A DNA stretch of 64,000 nt from assembly GCA_964057225.1 (NCBI GenBank), contig OZ059896.1, positions 11,718,001 through 11,782,000 on the forward strand, given 5' to 3'. The notes beneath the pieces are model-generated. The model ran no database searches. It saw only the letters and a program-made list of their open reading frames with translations, and was not told where the DNA came from. The DNA comes from Auanema rhodensis (lineage: Eukaryota > Animalia > Nematoda). Both the position numbers and the translations under genes were made by a program. Below are positions 35,102 to 50,100 of the stretch, one piece after another (position 1 is the first letter of the stretch; each line of letters opens with the position of its first letter).

Positions 35102-38100
35102 AGTGAAATGGTTTAGAAAATACAAAATATTTAAATGTTTCAGTTTTGATCATCACAATATTAAAATTTAAATGTTTTTTAATAATTAAAAATTTAAAAA
35201 ATAAAATTATGAAATGGTGATAAAAATATAAAATTGTTTAAAATATGGGATTAAATAAAATAGATGGAGTGAAATGGTTTAGAAAATACAAAATATTTAA
35301 ATGTTTCAGTTTTTGCTCATCACAATATTGAAATTTAAATGTTTTTTAATGATTGAAAATTTAAAAAATGAAATTATGAAATTGTGGTAGAAATATAAAA
35401 TTGTTTAAAATATGGAATTAAATAAAAGAGATGGAGTGAAATGGTTTAGAAAATACAAAATATTTAAATGTTTCAGTTTTTGATCATCACAATATTGAAA
35501 TTTAAATGTTTTTTAATGATTAAAAAATTAAAAAATGAAGTTATGAATTCGTGGTAGAAATATAAAATTGTTTAAAATATGGAATTAAATGAAAGAAATG
35601 GAGTGAAATGGTTTAGAAAATACAAAATATTTAAATGTTTCAGTTTTTGAGCATCACAATATTGAAATTTAAATGTTTTTTAATGATTAAAATTTAAAAA
35701 ATGAAATTATGGAATTGTGGTAGAAATATAAAATTGTTTAAAATATGGAATTAAATGAAAGAGATGGAGTGAAATGGTTTAGAAAATACAAAATATTTAA
35801 ATGTTTCAGTTTTTGAGCATCACAATATTGAAATTTAAATGTTTTTTAATGATTGAAAATTTAAAAAATGAAATTATGAAATTGTGGTAGAAATATAAAA
35901 TTGTTTATAATATGGAATTAAATAAAAGAGATGGAGTGAAATGGTTTAGAAAATACAAAATATTTAAATGTTTCAGTTTTTGATCATCACAATATTGAAA
36001 TTTAAATGTTTTTTAATGATTGAAAATTTAAAAAATGAAATTATGAAATTGTGGTAGAAATATAAAATTGTTTAAAATATGGAATTAAATAAAAGAGATG
36101 GAGTGAAATGGTTTAGAAAATACAAAATATTTAAATGTTTCAGTTTTTGATCATCACAATATTAAAATTTAAATGTTTTTTAATAATTAAAAATTTAAAA
36201 AATAAAATTATGAAATAGTGGTAAAAATATAAAATTGTTTAAAAAATGGAATTAAATAAAAGAGATGGAGTGAAATGGTTTAGAAAATATAAAATATTTA
36301 AATGTTTCAGTTTTTGAGCATCACAATATTGAAATTTAAATGTTTTTTAATGATTAAAAAATTAAAAAATGAAGTTATGAATTCGTGGTAGAAATATAAA
36401 ATTGTTTAAAATATGGAATTAAATAAAAGAGATGGAGTGAAATGGTTTAGAAAATACAAAATATTTAAATGTTTCAGTTTTTGAGCATCACAATATTGAA
36501 ATTTAAATGTTTTTTAATGATTGAAAATTTAAAAAATGAAATTATGAAATTGTGGTAGAATTAAAAAATTGTATAAAATATGAGATTAAATAAAATAGAT
36601 GGAGTTAAATGGTTTAGAAAATACAAAATATTTAAATGTTTCAGTTTTTGAGCATCACAATACTGAAATTTAAATGTTTTTCAATGATTGAAAATTCAAA
36701 AAATGAAATTATGAAATTGTGGTAGAATTAAAAAATTGTATAAAATATGGGATTAAATAAAAGAGATGGAGTGAAATGGTTTAGAAAATATAAAATATTT
36801 AAATGTTTCAGTTTTTGAGCATCACAATATTGAAATTTAAATGTTTTTTAATGATTAAAATTTGAAAAATGAAATTATGAAATTGTGGTAGAAATATAAA
36901 ATTGTTTAAAATATGGAATTAAATAAAAGAGATGGAGTGAAATGGTTTAGAAAATACAAAATATTTAAATGTTTCAGTTTTGATCATCACAATATTAAAA
37001 TTTAAATGTTTTTTAATAATTAAAAATTTAAAAAATAAAATTATGAAATAGTGGTAAAAATATAAAATTGTTTAAAATATGGGATTAAATAAAATAGATG
37101 GAGTGAAATGGTTTAGAAAATACAAAATATTTAAATGTTTCAGTTTTTGAGCATCACAATACTGAAATTTAAATGTTTTTCAATGATTAAAATATTAAAA
37201 AATGAAATTATGAAATAGTGGTAAAAATATAAAATTGTTTAAAATATGGGATTAAATAAAAGAGATGGAGTGAAATGGTTTAGAAAATACAAAATATTTA
37301 AATGTTTCAGTTTTGATCATCACAATATTAAAATTTATATGTTTTTTAATAATTAAAAAGTTAAAAAATAAGATTATGAAATAGTGGTAAAAATATAAAA
37401 TTGTTTAAAATATGGGATTAAATAAAATAGATGGAGTGAAATGGTTTAGAAAATACAAAATATTTAAATGTTTCAGTTTTTGAGCATCACAATATTGAAA
37501 TTTAAATGTTTTTTAATGATTAAAATTTAAAAAATGAAATTATGGAATTGTGGTAGAAATATAAAATGTTTAAAATATGGGATTAAATAAAATAGATGGA
37601 GTGAAATGGTTTAGAAAATACAAAATATTTAAATGTTTCAGTTTTTGAGCATCACAATACTGAAATTTAAATGTTTTTCAATGATTAAAATATTAAAAAA
37701 TGAAATTATGAAATTGTGGTAGAAATATAAAATTGTTTAAAATATGGAATTAAATAAAAGAGATAGAGTGAAATGGTTTAGAAAATACAAAATATTTAAA
37801 TGTTTCAGTTTTTGAGCATCACAATATTAAAATTTAAATGTTTTTTAATGATTAAAATTTGAAAAATGAAATTATGAAATTGTGGTAGAAATATAAAATT
37901 GTTTAAAATATGGAATTAAATAAAAGAGATGGAGTGAAATGGTTTAGAAAATACAAAATATTTAAATGTTTCAGTTTTGATCATCACAATATTAAAATTT
38001 AAATGTTTTTTAATAATTAAAAATTTAAAAAATAAAATTATGAAATAGTGGTAAAAATATAAAATTGTTTAAAATATGGGATTAAATAAAATAGATGGAG

Positions 38101-41100
38101 TGAAATGGTTTAGAAAATACAAAATATTTAAATGTTTCAGTTTTTGAGCATCACAATACTGAAATTTAAATGTTTTTCAATGATTAAAATATTAAAAAAT
38201 GAAATTATGAAATAGTGGTAAAAATATAAAATTGTTTAAAATATGGGATTAAATAAAAGAGATGGAGTGAAATGGTTTAGAAAATACAAAATATTTAAAT
38301 GTTTCAGTTTTGATCATCACAATATTAAAATTTATATGTTTTTTAATAATTAAAAAGTTAAAAAATAAGATTATGAAATAGTGGTAAAAATATAAAATTG
38401 TTTAAAATATGGGATTAAATAAAATAGATGGAGTGAAATGGTTTAGAAAATACAAAATATTTAAATGTTTCAGTTTTTGAGCATCACAATATTGAAATTT
38501 AAATGTTTTTTAATGATTAAAATTTAAAAAATGAAATTATGGAATTGTGGTAGAAATATAAAATGTTTAAAATATGGGATTAAATAAAATAGATGGAGTG
38601 AAATGGTTTAGAAAATACAAAATATTTAAATGTTTCAGTTTTTGAGCATCACAATACTGAAATTTAAATGTTTTTCAAAGATTAAAATATTAAAAAATGA
38701 AATTATGAAATTGTGGTAGAAATATAAAATTGTTTAAAATATGGAATTAAATAAAAGAGATAGAGTGAAATGGTTTAGAAAATACAAAATATTTAAATGT
38801 TTCAGTTTTTGAGCATCACAATATTAAAATTTAAATGTTTTTTAATGATTAAAAATTTGAAAAATGAAATTATGAAATTGTGGTAGAAATATAAAATTGT
38901 TTAAAATATGGAATTAAATAAAAGAGATGGAGTGAAATGGTTTAGAAAATATAAAATATTTAAATGTTTCAGTTTTTGATCATCACAATATTGAAATTTA
39001 AATGTTTTTTAATAATTAAAAATTTAAAAATTTAAAAAATAAAATTATGAAATAGTGGTAAAAATATAAAATTGTTTAAAATATGGGATTAAATAAAAGA
39101 GATGGAGTGAAATGGTTTAGAAAATACAAAATATTTAAATGTTTCAGTTTTTGAGCATCACAATATTGAAATTTAAATGTTTTTTAATGTTTAAAAATTT
39201 TAAGAATGAAATTATGAAATAGTGGTAAAAATATGAAATTGTTTAAAATATGAGATTAAATAAAATAGATGGAGTGAAATGGTTTAGAAAATACAAAATA
39301 TTTGAATGTTTCAGTTTTTGAGCATCACAATACTGAAATTTAAATGTTTTTCAATGATTAAAATATTAAAAAATGAAATTATGAAATAGTGGTAGAAATA
39401 TAAAATTGTTTAAAGAATAGAATTAAATGAAATCGATGTAGTGAAATGGTTTAGAAAATACAAAATATTTAAATGTTTCAGTTTTTGAGCATCACAATAT
39501 TGAAATTTAAATGTTTTTTAATGATTAAAAATTTGAAAAATGAAATTATGAAATAGTGGTAAAAATATAAAATTGTTTAAAAAATGGAATTAAATAAAAT
39601 AGATGTAGTGAAATGGTTTAGAAAATACAAAATATTTAAATGTTTCAGTTTTTGAGCATCACAATATTGAAATTTAAATGTTTTTTAATGATTAAAAATT
39701 TGAAAATTTAAAAAATGAAATTATGAAATAGTGGTAAAAATATAAAATTGTTTAAAATATGGGATTAAATAAAAGAGATGGAGTGAAATGGTTTAGAAAA
39801 TACAAAATATTTAAATGTTTCAGTTTTTGATCATCACAATATTGAAATTTAAATGTTTTTTAATAATTAAAAATTTAAGAATTTAAAAAATGAAATTATG
39901 AAATAGTGGTGAAAATATAAAATTGTTTAAAATATGGGATTAAATAAAAGAGATGGAGTGAAATGGTTTAGAAAAAGCAAAATATTTAAATGTTTCAGTT
40001 TTTGAGCATCACAGTATTCAAAATTTAAATGTTTTTTAATAATTAAAAAGTTAAAAAATAAGATTATGAAATAGTGGTAAAAATATAAAATTGTTTAAAA
40101 TATGGGATTAAATAAAATAGATGGAGTGAAATGGTTTAGAAAATACAAAATATTTAAATGTTTCAGTTTTTGAGCATCACAATATTGAAATTTAAATGTT
40201 TTTTAATGATTAAAAATTTGAAAACTTAAAAAATGAAATTATGAAATAGTGGTAAAAATATAAAATTGTTTAAAATATGGGATTAAATAAAAGAGATGGA
40301 GTGAAATGGTTTAGAAAATACAAAATATTTAAATGTTTCAGTTTTGATCATCACAATATTAAAATTTAAATGTTTTTTAATAATTAAAAAGTTAAAAAAT
40401 AAGATTATGAAATAGTGGTAAAAATATAAAATTGTTTAAAATATGGGATTAAATAAAATAGATGGAGTGAAATGGTTTAGAAAATACAAAATATTTAAAT
40501 GTTTCAGTTTTTGAGCATCACAATATTGAAATTTAAATGTTTTTTAATGATTAAAATTTAAAAAATGAAATTATGGAATTGTGGTAGAAATATAAAATGT
40601 TTAAAATATGGGATTAAATAAAATAGATGGAGTGAAATGGTTTAGAAAATACAAAATATTTAAATGTTTCAGTTTTTGAGCATCACAATACTGAAATTTA
40701 AATGTTTTTCAATGATTAAAATATTAAAAAATGAAATTATGAAATAGTGGTAAAAATATAAAATTGTTTAAAATATGGGATTAAATAAGATAGATGTAGT
40801 GAAATGGTTTAGAAAATACAAAATATTTAAATGTTTCAGTTTTTGAGCATCACAATATTGAAATTTAAATGTTTTTTAATGATTAAAAATTTGAAAACTT
40901 AAAAAATGAAATTATGAAATAGTGGTAAAAATATAAAATTGTTTAAAATATGGGATTAAATAAAAGAGATGGAGTGAAATGGTTTAGAAAATACAAAATA
41001 TTTAAATGTTTCAGTTTTGATCAACACAATATTAAAATTTATATGTTTTTTAATAATTAAAAAGTTAAAAAATAAGATTATGAAATAGTGGTAAAAATAT

Positions 41101-44100
41101 AAAATTGTTTAAAATATGGGATTAAATAAAATAGATGGAGTGAAATGGTTTAGAAAATACAAAATATTTAAATGTTTCAGTTTTTGAGCATCACAATATT
41201 GAAATTTAAATGTTTTTTAATGATTAAAATTTAAAAAATGAAATTATGGAATTGTGCTAGAAATATAAAATGTTTAAAATATGGGATTAAATAAAATAGA
41301 TGGAGTGAAATGGTTTAGAAAATACAAAATATTTAAATGTTTCAGTTTTTGAGCATCACAATACTGAAATTTAAATGTTTTTCAATGATTAAAATATTAA
41401 AAAATGAAATTATGAAATTGTGGTAGAAATATAAAATTGTTTAAAATATGGAATTAAATAAAAGAGATAGAGTGAAATGGTTTAGAAAATACAAAATATT
41501 TAAATGTTTCAGTTTTTGAGCATCACAATATTGAAATTTAAATGTTTTTTAATAATTAAAAATTTAAAAATTTAAAAAATAAAATTATGAAATAGTGGTA
41601 AAAATATAAAATTGTTTAAAATATGGGATTAAATAAAAGAGATGGAGTGAAATGGTTTAGAAAATACAAAATATTTAAATGTTTCAGTTTTTGAGCATCA
41701 CAATATTGAAATTTAAATGTTTTTTAATGTTTAAAAATTTTAAGAATGAAATTATGAAATAGTGGTAAAAATATAAAATTGTTTAAAATATGAGATTAAA
41801 TAAAAGAGATGGAGTGAAATGGTTTAGAAAATACAAAATATTTGAATGTTTCAGTTTTTGATCATCACAATATTGAAATTTAAATGTTTTTTAATAATTA
41901 AAAATTTAAAAATTTAAAAAATGAAATTATGAAATAGTGGTAAAAATATAAAATTGTTCAAAATATGGGATTAAATAAAAGAGATGGAGTGAAATGGTTT
42001 AGAAAATACAAAATATTTATATGTTTCAGTTCTTGAGCATCACAATATTGAAATTTAAATGTTTTTTAATGATTAAAAATTTGAAAAATGAAATTATGAA
42101 ATTGTGGTAGAAATATAAAATTGTTTAAAATATGGAATTAAATAAAAGAGATGGAGTGAAATGGTTTAGAAGATATAAAATATTTAAATGTTTCAGTTTT
42201 TGGTCATCACAATATTGAAATTTAAATGTTTTTTAATAATTAAAAATTTAAAAATTTAAAAAATAAAATTATGAAATAGTGGTAAAAATATAAAATTGTT
42301 TAAAATATGGGATTAAATAAAAGAGATGGAGTGAAATGGTTTAGAAAATACAAAATATTTAAATGTTTCAGTTTTTGAGCATCACAATATTGAAATTTAA
42401 ATGTTTTTTAATGTTTAAAAATTTTAAGAATGAAATTATGAAATAGTGGTAAAAATATAAAATTGTTTAAAATATGAGATTAAATAAAAGAGATGGAGTG
42501 AAATGGTTTAGAAAATACAAAATATTTGAATGTTTCAGTTTTTGATCATCACAATATTGAAATTTAAATGTTTTTTAATAATTAAAAATTTAAAAATTTA
42601 AAAAATGAAATTATGAAATAGTGGTAAAAATATAAAATTGTTCAAAATATGGGATTAAATAAAAGAGATGGAGTGAAATGGTTTAGAAAATACAAAATAT
42701 TTATATGTTTCAGTTCTTGAGCATCACAATATTGAAATTTAAATGTTTTTTAATGATTAAAAATTTGAAAAATGAAATTATGAAATTGTGGTAGAAATAT
42801 AAAATTGTTTAAAATATGGAATTAAATAAAAGAGATGGAGTGAAATGGTTTAGAAGATATAAAATATTTAAATGTTTCAGTTTTTGATCATCACAATATT
42901 GAAATTTAAATGTTTTTTAATAATTAAAAATTTAAAAATTTAAAAAATAAAATTATGAAATAGTGGTAAAAATATAAAATTGTTTAAAATATGGGATTAA
43001 ATAAAAGAGATGGAGTGAAATGGTTTAGAAAATACAAAATATTTAAATGTTTCAGTTTTTGAGCATCACAATATTGAAATTTAAATGTTTTTTAATGTTT
43101 AAAAATTTTAAGAATGAAATTATGAAATAGTGGTAAAAATATAAAATTGTTTAAAATATGAGATTAAATAAAAGAGATGGAGTGAAATGGTTTAGAAAAT
43201 ACAAAATATTTGAATGTTTCAGTTTTTGATCATCACAATATTGAAATTTAAATGTTTTTTAATAATTAAAAATTTAAAAATTTAAAAAATAAAATTATGA
43301 AATAGTGGTAAAAATATAAAATTGTTTAAAATATGGGATTAAATAAAAGAGATGGAGTGAAATGGTTTAGAAAATACAAAATATTTAAATGTTTCAGTTT
43401 TTGAGCATCACAATATTGAAATTTAAATGTTTTTTAATGTTTAAAAATTTTAAGAATGAAATTATGAAATAGTGGTAAAAATATAAAATTGTTCAAAATA
43501 TGGGATTAAATAAAAGAGATGGAGTGAAATGGTTTAGAAAATACAAAATATTTATATGTTTCAGTTCTTGAGCATCACAATATTGAAATTTAAATGTTTT
43601 TTAATGATTAAAATTTAAAAAATGAAATTATGGAATTGTGGTAGAAGTATAAAATTGTTTAAAATATGGAATTAAATGAAAGAGATGGAGTGAAATGGTT
43701 TAGAAAATACAAAATATTTAAATGTTTCAGTTTTTGAGCATCACAATATTGAAATTTAAATGTTTTTTAATGATTGAAAATTTAAAAAATGAAATTATGA
43801 AATTGTGGTAGAATTAAAAAATTGTATAAAATATGGGATTAAATAAAATAGATGGAGTTAAATGGTTTAGAAAATACAAAATATTTAAATGTTTCAGTTT
43901 TTGAGCATCACAATACTGAAATTTAAACGTTTTTCAATGATTAAAATATTAAAAAATGAAATTATGAAATAGTGGTAGAAATATAAAATTGTTTAAAAAA
44001 TGGAATTAAATGAAAGAGATGGAGTGAAAAAATGGTTTAGAAAATATAAAATATTTAAATGTTTCAGTTTTTGAGCATCACAATATTGAAATTTAAATGT

Positions 44101-47100
44101 TTTTTAATGATTAAAAATTTGAAAAATGAAATTATGAAATTGTGGTAGAAATATAAAATTGTTTAAAATATGGAATTAAATAAAAGAGATGGAGTGAAAT
44201 GGTTTAGAAAATACAAAATATTTAAATGTTTCAGTTTTGATCATCACAATATTAAAATTTAAATGTTTTTTAATGATTAAAAATTTGAAAAATGAAATTA
44301 TGAAATTGTGGTAGAAATATAAAATTGTTTAAAATATGGAATTAAATGAAAGAGATGGAGTGAAATGGTTTAGAAAATACAAAATATTTGAATGTTTCAG
44401 TTTTTGATCATCACAATATTGAAATTTAAATGTTTTTTAATAATTAAAAATTTAAAAAATAAAATTATGAAATAGTGGTAAAAATATAAAATTGTTTAAA
44501 ATATGGGATTAAATAAAATAGATGGAGTGAAATGGTTTAGAAAATACAAAATATTTGAATGTTTCAGTTTTTGATCATCACAATATTGAAATTTAAATGT
44601 TTTTTAATGATTGAAAATTTAAAAAATGAAATTATGAAATTGTGGTAGAATTAAAAAATTGTATAAAATATGGGATTAAATAAAATAGATAGAGTGAAAT
44701 GGTTTAGAAAATACAAAATATTTAAATGTTTCAGTTTTTGAGCATCACAATATTGAAATTTAAATGTTTTTTAATGATTAAAAATTTGAAAAATGAAATT
44801 ATGAAATTGTGGTAGAAATATAAAATTGTTTAAAATATGGAATTAAATAAAAGAGATGGAGTGAAATGGTTTAGAAAATACAAAATATTTAAATGTTTCA
44901 GTTTTGATCATCACAATATTAAAATTTAAATGTTTTTTAATGATTAAAAATTTGAAAAATGAAATTATGAAATTGTGGTAAAAATATAAAATTGTTTAAA
45001 ATATGGGATTAAATAAAATAGATGGAGTGAAATGGTTTAGAAAATACAAAATATTTGAATGTTTCAGTTTTTGATCATCACAATATTGAAATTTAAATGT
45101 TTTTTAATGATTGAAAATTTAAAAAATGAAATTATGAAATTGTGGTAGAATTAAAAAATTGTATAAAATATGGGATTAAATAAAATAGATAGAGTGAAAT
45201 GGTTTAGAAAATACAAAATATTTAAATGTTTCAGTTTTTGAGCATCACAATATTGAAATTTAAATGTTTTTTAATGATTAAAAATTTGAAAAATGAAATT
45301 ATGAAATTGTGGTAGAAATATAAAATTGTTTAAAATATGGAATTAAATAAAAGAGATGGAGTGAAATGGTTTAGAAAATACAAAATATTTAAATGTTTCA
45401 GTTTTGATCATCACAATATTAAAATTTAAATGTTTTTTAATAATTAAAAATTTAAAAAATAAAATTATGAAATAGTGGTAAAAATATAAAATTGTTTAAA
45501 ATATGGGATTAAATAAAATAGATGGAGTGAAATGGTTTAGAAAATACAAAATATTTAAATGTTTCAGTTTTTGAGCATCACAATATTGAAATTTAAATGT
45601 TTTTTAATGATTAAAAATTTGAAAAATGAAATTATGAAATTGTGGTAGAAATATAAAATTGTTTAAAATATGGAATTAAATAAAAGAGATGGAGTGAAAT
45701 GGTTTAGAAAATACAAAATATTTAAATGTTTCAGTTTTGATCATCACAATATTAAAATTTAAATGTTTTTTAATGATTAAAAATTTGAAAAATGAAATTA
45801 TGAAATTGTGGTAGAAATATAAAATTGTTTAAAATATGGAATTAAATGAAAGAGATGGAGTGAAATGGTTTAGAAAATACAAAATATTTGAATGTTTCAG
45901 TTTTTGATCATCACAATATTGAAATTTAAATGTTTTTTAATAATTAAAAATTTAAAAAATAAAATTATGAAATAGTGGTAAAAATATAAAATTGTTTAAA
46001 ATATGGGATTAAATAAAATAGATGGAGTGAAATGGTTTAGAAAATACAAAATATTTGAATGTTTCAGTTTTTGATCATCACAATATTGAAATTTAAATGT
46101 TTTTTAATGATTGAAAATTTAAAAAATGAAATTATGAAATTGTGGTAGAATTAAAAAATTGTATAAAATATGGGATTAAATAAAATAGATAGAGTGAAAT
46201 GGTTTAGAAAATACAAAATATTTAAATGTTTCAGTTTTTGAGCATCACAATATTGAAATTTAAATGTTTTTTAATGATTAAAAATTTGAAAAATGAAATT
46301 ATGAAATTGTGGTAGAAATATAAAATTGTTTAAAATATGGAATTAAATAAAAGAGATGGAGTGAAATGGTTTAGAAAATACAAAATATTTAAATGTTTCA
46401 GTTTTGATCATCACAATATTAAAATTTAAATGTTTTTTAATAATTAAAAATTTTAAAAATAAAATTATGAAATAGTGGTAAAAATATAAAATTGTTTAAA
46501 ATATGGGATTAAATAAAATAGATGGAGTGAAATGGTTTAGAAAATACAAAATATTTGAATGTTTCAGTTTTTGATCATCACAATATTGAAATTTAAATGT
46601 TTTTTAATGATTAAAAATTTGAAAAATGAAATTATGAAATTGTGGTAGAAATATAAAATTGTTTAAAATATGGAATTAAATAAAAGAGATGGAGTGAAAT
46701 GGTTTAGAAGATATAAAATATTTAAATGTTTCAGTTTTTGATCATCACAATATTGAAATTTAAATGTTTTTTAATAATTAAAAATTTAAAAATTTAAAAA
46801 ATAAAATTATGAAATAGTGGTAAAAATATAAAATTGTTTAAAATATGGGATTAAATAAAAGAGATGGAGTGAAATGGTTTAGAAAATACAAAATATTTAA
46901 ATGTTTCAGTTTTTGAGCATCACAATATTGAAATTTAAATGTTTTTTAATGTTTAAAAATTTTAAGAATGAAATTATGAAATAGTGGTAAAAATATAAAA
47001 TTGTTTAAAATATGAGATTAAATAAAAGAGATGGAGTGAAATGGTTTAGAAAATACAAAATATTTGAATGTTTCAGTTTTTGATCATCACAATATTGAAA

Positions 47101-50100
47101 TTTAAATGTTTTTTAATAATTAAAAATTTAAAAATTTAAAAATGAAATTATGAAATAGTGGTAAAAATATAAAATTGTTCAAAATATGGGATTAAATAAA
47201 AGAGATGGAGTGAAATGGTTTAGAAAATACAAAATATTCATATGTTTCAGTTCTTGAGCATCACAATATTGAAATTTAAATGTTTTTTAATGATTAAAAG
47301 TTTGAAAAATGAAATTATGAAATAGTGGTAAAAATATAAAATTGTTTAAAATATGAGATTAAATAAAAGAGATGGAGTGAAATGGTTTAGAAAATACAAA
47401 ATATTTGAATGTTTCAGTTTTTGATCATCACAATATTGAAATTTAAATGTTTTTTAATAATTAAAAATTTAAAAATTTAAAAAATGAAATTATGAAATAG
47501 TGGTAAAAATATAAAATTGTTCAAAATATGGGATTAAATAAAAGAGATGGAGTGAAATGGTTTAGAAAATACAAAATATTTATATGTTTCAGTTCTTGAG
47601 CATCACAATATTGAAATTTAAATGTTTTTTAATGATTAAAAGTTTGAAAAATGAAATTATGAAATTGTGGTAGAAATATAAAATTGTTTAAAATATGGAA
47701 TTAAATAAAAGAGATGGAGTGAAATGGTTTAGAAGATATAAAATATTTAAATGTTTCAGTTTTTGATCATCACAATATTGAAATTTAAATGTTTTTTAAT
47801 AATTAAAAATTTAAAAATTTAAAAAATAAAATTATGAAATAGTGGTAAAAATATAAAATTGTTTAAAATATGGGATTAAATAAAAGAGATGGAGTGAAAT
47901 GGTTTAGAAAATACAAAATATTTAAATGTTTCAGTTTTTGAGCATCACAATATTGAAATTTAAATGTTTTTTAATGTTTAAAAGTTTTAAGAATGAAATT
48001 ATGAAATAGTGGTAAAAATATAAAATTGTTTAAAATATGAGATTAAATAAAAGAGATGGAGTGAAATGGTTTAGAAAATACAAAATATTTGAATGTTTCA
48101 GTTTTTGATCATCACAATATTGAAATTTAAATGTTTTTTAATAATTAAAAATTTAAAAATTTAAAAAATAAAATTATGAAATAGTGGTAAAAATATAAAA
48201 TTGTTTGAAATATGGGATTAAATAAAAGAGATGGAGTGAAATGGTTTAGAAAATACAAAATATTTAAATGTTTCAGTTCTTGAGCATCACAATATTGAAA
48301 TTTAAATGTTTTTTAATGATTAAAATTTAAAAAATGAAATTATGGAATTGTGGTAGAAGTATAAAATTGTTTAAAATATGGAATTAAATGAAAGAGATGG
48401 AGTGAAATGGTTTAGAAAATACAAAATATTTAAATGTTTCAGTTTTTGAGCATCACAATATTGAAATTTAAATGTTTTTTAATGATTGAAAATTTAAAAA
48501 ATGAAATTATGAAATTGTGGTAGAATTAAAAAATTGTATAAAATATGGGATTAAATAAAATAGATGGAGTTAAATGGTTTAGAAAATACAAAATATTTAA
48601 ATGTTTCAGTTTTTGAGCATCACAATACTGAAATTTAAACGTTTTTCAATGATTAAAATATTAAAAAATGAAATTATGAAATAGTGGTAGAAATATAAAA
48701 TTGTTTAAAAAATGGAATTAAATAAAAGAGATGGAGTGAAAAAATGGTTTAGAAAATATAAAATATTTAAATGTTTCAGTTTTTGAGCATCACAATATTG
48801 AAATTTAAATGTTTTTTAATGATTAAAAATTTGAAAAATGAAATTATGAAATTGTGGTAGAAATATAAAATTGTTTAAAATATGGAATTAAATAAAAGAG
48901 ATGGAGTGAAATGGTTTAGAAAATACAAAATATTTAAATGTTTCAGTTTTGATCATCACAATATTAAAATTTAAATGTTTTTTAATGATTAAAAATTTGA
49001 AAAATGAAATTATGAAATTGTGGTAGAAATATAAAATTGTTTAAAATATGGAATTAAATGAAAGAGATGGAGTGAAATGGTTTAGAAAATACAAAATATT
49101 TGAATGTTTCAGTTTTTGATCATCACAATATTGAAATTTAAATGTTTTTTAATAATTAAAAATTTAAAAATTTAAAAAATAAAATTATGAAATAGTGGTA
49201 AAAATATAAAATTGTTTAAAATATGGGATTAAATAAAAGAGATGGAGTGAAATGGTTTAGAAAATACAAAATATTTAAATGTTTCAGTTCTTGAGCATCA
49301 CAATATTGAAATTTAAATGTTTTTTAATGATTAAAATTTAAAAAATGAAATTATGGAATTGTGGTAGAAGTATAAAATTGTTTAAAATATGGAATTAAAT
49401 GAAAGAGATGGAGTGAAATGGTTTAGAAAATACAAAATATTTAAATGTTTCAGTTTTTGAGCATCACAATATTGAAATTTAAATGTTTTTTAATGATTGA
49501 AAATTTAAAAAATGAAATTATGAAATTGTGGTAGAATTAAAAAATTGTATAAAATATGGGATTAAATAAAAGAGATGGAGTGAAATGGTTTAGAAAATAC
49601 AAAATATTTAAATGTTTCAGTTTTTGAGCATCACAATATTGAAATTTAAATGTTTTTTAATGTTTAAAAGTTTTAAGAATGAAATTATGAAATAGTGGTA
49701 AAAATATAAAATTGTTTAAAATATGAGATTAAATAAAAGAGATGGAGTGAAATGGTTTAGAAAATACAAAATATTTGAATGTTTCAGTTTTTGATCATCA
49801 CAATATTGAAATTTAAATGTTTTTTAATGATTGAAAATTTAAAAAATGAAATTATGAAATTGTGGTAGAATTAAAAAATTGTATAAAATATGGGATTAAA
49901 TAAAATAGATGGAGTTAAATGGTTTAGAAAATACAAAATATTTAAATGTTTCAGTTTTTGAGCATCACAATACTGAAATTTAAACGTTTTTCAATGATTA
50001 AAATATTAAAAAATGAAATTATGAAATAGTGGTAGAAATATAAAATTGTTTAAAAAATGGAATTAAATAAAAGAGATGGAGTGAAAAAATGGTTTAGAAA

